Notes under the pieces: model-generated
Database searches by the model: none
What the model was told of the DNA's origin: nothing
Seen by the model: only the letters and a program-made list of their open reading frames with translations
In this document: piece after piece, positions 59,693 to 64,000 of the stretch
Position numbering within the stretch: position 1 is the first letter of the stretch
How the letters are laid out: every line of letters starts with the position of its first letter
Made by a program: the position numbers and the translations under genes
Assembly (NCBI GenBank): GCA_036012755.1
Contig: DASCPX010000071.1
Location: forward strand, 64,001 to 128,000
Origin: Myxococcota bacterium
GTDB taxonomy: Bacteria; Myxococcota_A; UBA796; CAJQPC01
Reading direction: 5' to 3'
DNA: 64,000 nucleotides

Positions 59693-62600
59693 TCAGCTCG
59701 GGAGCGCGTCGAGGTAGCCGGAGATGTCGCGACCGGACGCGGCGAGCACGATGGCGCCTGCGCGGAGTGCCACCCACTCCCAGGTGGCGTCGTCTCCGTC
59801 GACGAGGCCCAGGGCCGCGGCCTGGAGCACGAGCGGAGGGCCCTCTGCCGCGACGAAGGGGTCCTGCTCCAGCCTCACCCGCGCGGCGACGACCCTGGCC
59901 GCGGGCTCCAGGGGGAGCTCGCCCGCGAAAGCCCGGAAGCGCGAGCAGGCCTGCTCCCAGCGGCCCGGGCCAGAGGCCGACAGCTCACCCAGCACATCCT
60001 CCCAGCCATCGCCCAGGACCTGCGCTGCGGCCGCAGCCGCTGGCCAGGCGAGGCCACCCTCGGGCCGCGGTGCCCCGGTGCCCGCCGCGACGAGCACCGG
60101 CTCGACCAGCCTCAACACCCGCCCTGCCCGCTGGCCGACGACGCGACCGTGTCGATCCCTGGCCCAGGCGAGGCGCTCCTCCCAGGACCCGAAGCGCTGG
60201 GGGGCTTCGTCCGGGATCAGGAGCTTGCCCAGGGCGAAGTCGACGAGCTCGCCCTCCTGCTCACGCAGCGAAGCCAGCCACGCCCCGTCAGGCGGCGGTC
60301 CTCGACCATCCAACACAAACTGCCAGGTGCGCTCGAGGTCTCCGTAGCGGGGGGCCTCTCGCTTCAGCGGCTCCAGGATCTTCTGCGTCGGGACCGACGC
60401 ATAGGCGCAGGAACGCACCGGACGGGTCATCGCCGGGGTCTTCACGATGGCCTCCCCGACCCCCAACAGGCCCAGGTCGTCCCAGCTGTCCTCGCTCAGG
60501 CCCAGGGTGCGGCCCATCTCGGCGATCTCCTCGCCGTCCTCGAGCCGCATCACTATCTTCGTGTTCGTGTTCTTGATGACCCCGCGAGCCAGCATCGCTG
60601 GACTCTGATCCACCACCATCACGCCGATCCCCAGGCTGCGGCCCTCCTGCAGCAGTCGCACACAGTTTCGCAAGAGTGTACGTCCACCCTGGGCTTCCGC
60701 CGCGGCCCCGCGGCCCTCGTTCTCGCGACCGAGCACGTTGTGGGCCTCTTCGATGACGATCAGCCAGCGGGGTCGAGAGCGGTCTCCCTGCCTGGCAGTC
60801 TGTGATGCACGAATGCGCTCGATCAACAACGACGTGATGAACGCAGGGAGGTTCAGCTCGCTCGCCGGGAGTTCCTCGAACTCGATGATCGTGTCACCAG
60901 GGAAGACCTCGTCGATCGACCGCTCCCCGCCGTGGCTGAAGAGGTCCTGGAAGGTGGCGTCGAGGAAGATCCGCGCCCGCCCTTCGAGGGCCCCGCGGTA
61001 GTTGGCACCTACCTCAGGTCCATAAGAGAGGTCGTCGGCGACCAGCTGCACTCCCCGAGCGAAGTCGAGCACTCCGGGCACCTGCGAGGCTCCCTCGCCG
61101 ATGAACGAGCCGGTCTCGATGTCCCACCCGAAGTCCTGGTAGCAGCGCTCCACGGCCTGACGCATGTAGGGACCGATGAGCGCCTCGGTCGGCAGCAGCT
61201 CGGCGAGACTGTCCGACAACACCGCGATGTGGCGCTTCAGCGAGGTCCCGGGCTCGAAGAAGAGGGGGTTGATCCTCAACGGATTCGTGGTGGCGTCACC
61301 GATGGTGTAGACCCTCGGCGGGCGACCTCGGATGCGGCTGAAGGCCCCGGCATAGGTGCGCTTGGCGGTCTCGAGCACGACCACCCGGAGCTCCGGCCCG
61401 AAGTCTCGGAGGCCCTCGAGGATCTTCAACACCCGGCTGGTCTTTCCGCAGCCCGTGGTGCCAGCGACGAGCACGTGGCGGAAGAGCTCACGCTCCGTGA
61501 TCTCCACGTCGCTGCGGGTGTCGTCCCAGCTGCCGAAGCCGAAGGGGCCGATGCGCACACGCCGCCCCTCCGAGGGTGGCGGCGACGGGTTGCGACCGAG
61601 GAAGACACCGCGCTTCATGCGCAGGCCCGGCAGCTCGGCCTCCGGCAGGAGCAGGAAGCGCGCCGCCCGCTCACAGCTCAGGACCGGGAGCGCCGGATCG
61701 AGCCGGCCCAGGATGGGGGTGTTGCTCCTCAACAGCTCCTCTGTCGCGCCCTCCAGCGGCACGGAGACCAGCGGCCGGTCCTTGGTCTGGGAGCCCGCCA
61801 GGACGCCCTTCACGATGTCGCCGATGAGCGCGGCGTCGGAGCCGTCGGCGAGCACCACCGCCCCGGCTCGGAAGGCCCCTGTTCCGCGGGCCTCGTAGAG
61901 GCTCTTGAGGCTGCGATCGAGGCTGGAGTCGATCAGACCGAGCAGGCTGTCGAGGCGCTCCACCGTGCGGGTCTCTCCGTCGGTGCGGCTCGAGCCCGCC
62001 GTCGAGCTGGAGCTCTGGGTCCTCGTCTCGCTGAGCTGGCCCGGGTTGTCCTCCCACTGTGCCTGGGTCAGGTCACGCCGCCGGTGGCCGCGCCCGAGGT
62101 GCTTCACGAAGCGCCACGCCGTGCGGAGCAGGGGATCCTTCTCCCGCTGGGACTGTGCTGCGGCGAGGGAGTCGCTGGACTGGCTGCTCTCGTTCTCGCC
62201 GGTGGTCACCGAGCGAGCCTCCTGCACAGAGGCCTCCGCGTGGACGGCGTCGCGCAGCGCGGCGAGCCGAGAGAGCTCCGCCGCGAAGTCGTCGTCCGTG
62301 ACCCGGCCCACCACGAACATCAGGCGCAAGCGACGCACGTGGAGGCAGCTCTCGACGACGTCGTTGAGGGACTGGAAGGCCCGGGCGTCCGGCGCGCGGT
62401 CCTTGCGGATGCGCTCGTCGTCGAGGTCCTTTGGGGTCGGCACGCCCGAGACGAAGGCGCCGCGGGTGCCCTCCGGGGACTGGAGCAGCGACCAGCACTC
62501 GGCGGGCCGCAGCAACTGCAGCTGCGAGGAGGGGAAGGCCTGGCGCTGGAGCTGGCCGACGATGCCTCGGAAGCGGGAGCGTCTCGTCTCGAGGGACTCG

Positions 62601-62914
62601 CGCTCGGGCAGCACGCTCTGGTTGAAGCGCAGCATGAGCGTGACCGCGACGCGCGGCGCGACGTGGAGCTCGGGCCGGTCGGTCTCGACGATCCAGACGA
62701 GCTCCTCGCCCGGGCGCAACATCGGCAGCACGTTCTCCCAGTCGTGCACGCGGGGGACGAGGTCATGGTGGCCGAGCAGCTGGACTCGGACGGCGCACGC
62801 GTCGAGCAGGCCGGGGTGGACATCCAGGGGCGCGTGCCCCGGATCGAGCCGCAGCCGCATCCCCGGGACCCCCAGACCGAGTTGGAGGCGGAGCTCGGCG
62901 AGCTCGGGATTCAA
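59693..62914 (-). CDS. Large HerA/FtsK/VirB4-like ATPase (DUF87-type)
   Basis: HVLVAGTTGCGKT, LRINPL, IVIEEAH, EGRSLG...VDQSP, NTNTKIVMRL, LGVGEA; Ser/Thr-rich tract in the N-terminal half. Confidence 0.88.
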   Translation of the reverse strand: MNPELAELRLQLGLGVPGMRLRLDPGHAPLDVHPGLLDACAVRVQLLGHHDLVPRVHDWENVLPMLRPGEELVWIVETDRPELHVAPRVAVTLMLRFNQSVLPERESLETRRSRFRGIVGQLQRQAFPSSQLQLLRPAECWSLLQSPEGTRGAFVSGVPTPKDLDDERIRKDRAPDARAFQSLNDVVESCLHVRRLRLMFVVGRVTDDDFAAELSRLAALRDAVHAEASVQEARSVTTGENESSQSSDSLAAAQSQREKDPLLRTAWRFVKHLGRGHRRRDLTQAQWEDNPGQLSETRTQSSSSTAGSSRTDGETRTVERLDSLLGLIDSSLDRSLKSLYEARGTGAFRAGAVVLADGSDAALIGDIVKGVLAGSQTKDRPLVSVPLEGATEELLRSNTPILGRLDPALPVLSCERAARFLLLPEAELPGLRMKRGVFLGRNPSPPPSEGRRVRIGPFGFGSWDDTRSDVEITERELFRHVLVAGTTGCGKTSRVLKILEGLRDFGPELRVVVLETAKRTYAGAFSRIRGRPPRVYTIGDATTNPLRINPLFFEPGTSLKRHIAVLSDSLAELLPTEALIGPYMRQAVERCYQDFGWDIETGSFIGEGASQVPGVLDFARGVQLVADDLSYGPEVGANYRGALEGRARIFLDATFQDLFSHGGERSIDEVFPGDTIIEFEELPASELNLPAFITSLLIERIRASQTARQGDRSRPRWLIVIEEAHNVLGRENEGRGAAAEAQGGRTLLRNCVRLLQEGRSLGIGVMVVDQSPAMLARGVIKNTNTKIVMRLEDGEEIAEMGRTLGLSEDSWDDLGLLGVGEAIVKTPAMTRPVRSCAYASVPTQKILEPLKREAPRYGDLERTWQFVLDGRGPPPDGAWLASLREQEGELVDFALGKLLIPDEAPQRFGSWEERLAWARDRHGRVVGQRAGRVLRLVEPVLVAAGTGAPRPEGGLAWPAAAAAAQVLGDGWEDVLGELSASGPGRWEQACSRFRAFAGELPLEPAARVVAARVRLEQDPFVAAEGPPLVLQAAALGLVDGDDATWEWVALRAGAIVLAASGRDISGYLDALPS

Positions 62915-63726
62915 GACAGCTCCTTCATCGAGATGCGGACCTCGAGATCAGCGCGAACATCTGCCGGAAGGGCGCTCCCGATGCGTTCCAGCGCGGCGAC
63001 CTCCAGGGCCTCGCGAGAGGGGGCGGAGAGATCGCACAGCACCGATCCGAGCCAGGGGAGGCGAGGACAGTGGACCCCCGCGATCCGCAGCCCGCGAACA
63101 TCCACGGCGACCTCCAGGGGCGGTGGCCCGTCTCGGTCGATGACGGCGAGACGGACCCGGCGCGCTCGCGTCGCAGGCACGACAGCGGCGACGGGCTGGT
63201 CCAGCGCGGCCCCGGCGCGTGTGCGCCAGCCCTCCTCCCAGTCCAGGTGCTCATCGAAGGCCAGGTCCGCCGGCTCCACGACCGTGGCCAGATCAGCGGC
63301 GAAGCGCCTCGCCCTGGCGAGGAGGTCCGCTCGTTCATCGAGTCCGTCCAGCTCCAGCACGACAAGGACTCCCCGCCCGGGGGCGCGCCGGAAGACAGCG
63401 CGGAGCATCTCCCGCTCGCGCCGAGACAGGAGCTGCCTCGCCGTGACGACGCCAACCACCCAGGTCGCCCGCACGAAGGCCCCGGCTCGTGCCTGGACCC
63501 AAGCGCCCGCGTCCCGACCGGGCGGGTCGGGCAGGAGGAGCTCCAGGTGCTCCGGCACGGCGGCGACGATCGAGGAGCGGTCGCGGTGTTCGTCGGCGAC
63601 CACCACGACCAGCGGTGCTGATCCGGGCTCCTCGGTCGCGAGCTGGGACAGCCCCACCGCCAGGGCTCCCTCCTGTGCGGCGGCGAGCGTCCGCAAGGAC
63701 TCCCGGACTTCGACGAGCTCCCTCAT
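62911..63726 (-). CDS. Degenerate dynamin-N-like protein (probable pseudo-GTPase)
   Basis: VVVVADEHRDRSSIVAAV at the G1 position, DPPG at G3, ATWVVGVVTARQLLSRREREML, LELD at G4; stop overlaps the ATPase start. Confidence 0.55.
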   Translation of the reverse strand: MRELVEVRESLRTLAAAQEGALAVGLSQLATEEPGSAPLVVVVADEHRDRSSIVAAVPEHLELLLPDPPGRDAGAWVQARAGAFVRATWVVGVVTARQLLSRREREMLRAVFRRAPGRGVLVVLELDGLDERADLLARARRFAADLATVVEPADLAFDEHLDWEEGWRTRAGAALDQPVAAVVPATRARRVRLAVIDRDGPPPLEVAVDVRGLRIAGVHCPRLPWLGSVLCDLSAPSREALEVAALERIGSALPADVRADLEVRISMKELS

Positions 63727-63735
63727 GCCCCCACC

Positions 63736-64000
63736 CTACGACACCGAGAGCGCCTCCCAGATCCCCACGAGGCGTTCGCGCCGGTTGCCCTCGCGTAGGA
63801 CCTGGGCCAGGGCGTACCCCACGACCAGGCTGCGGCGAACCGGCGAGCCACCGACCAGGCGGAGGTGGCCGACGAGCGCGTCCCGGGTGGCCCGCCTGGA
63901 CCGACGATCGACGCTGGCGCCGCCGAGGTGCCGGCAGATCGCGTCGGGCACGAGCACGACCCGACCGTCGACTCGCTGGGCGAGGTCCACGTCCTCCATG
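63736..64000 (-). CDS. 3' end of a hypothetical protein (runs off the right edge)
   Basis: Open frame to the window end; stop 9 bp before the next gene on the same strand. Confidence 0.55.
   Translation of the reverse strand, partial: MEDVDLAQRVDGRVVLVPDAICRHLGGASVDRRSRRATRDALVGHLRLVGGSPVRRSLVVGYALAQVLREGNRRERLVGIWEALSVS

Overview
This is a GC-rich, gene-dense bacterial window. Its surface proteins (MopE-type Cys/Asp repeats, FG-GAP, TSP3-OmpA, DUF4398, MYXO-CTERM-like tails) suggest a Myxococcota-type genome, which is an inference. 1-28 kb holds housekeeping and envelope genes (pyrC, a Tat-lipoprotein tldD with tldE, plsY, sfsA, lpxD, asnS), a signal-peptide-bearing Nma111/DEG7-type protease, secreted repeat proteins and an unannotated Flp-like pilin. 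28-53 kb is an anaerobic-metabolism block: a decayed glycyl-radical pair, then a BzdR-type regulator with TGCA-N6-TGCA-like boxes facing a class I benzoyl-CoA reductase operon with an extra 81-aa Cys protein. Converging on it is a tightly coupled 11-gene operon: korA-korB, two catalytically degenerate PFOR-derived Fe-S proteins flanking rnfB, rnfCDGEA, and a 39-aa TM-CxxCxxCxxxC microprotein. 54-64 kb is a locus with two dynamin-like GTPases, a degenerate dynamin-like protein, a C39-like peptidase and a HerA/FtsK-like ATPase, continuing past the window edge. The best candidates for undescribed systems are the Kor/pseudo-PFOR/Rnf operon and the dynamin-peptidase-HerA locus. Two window-wide traits also stand out: ultra-short signal peptides and TANNNT boxes just upstream of SD-less starts. 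I saw no rRNA, tRNA, CRISPR array or transposase. All calls come from motif reading by eye; no searches were run.
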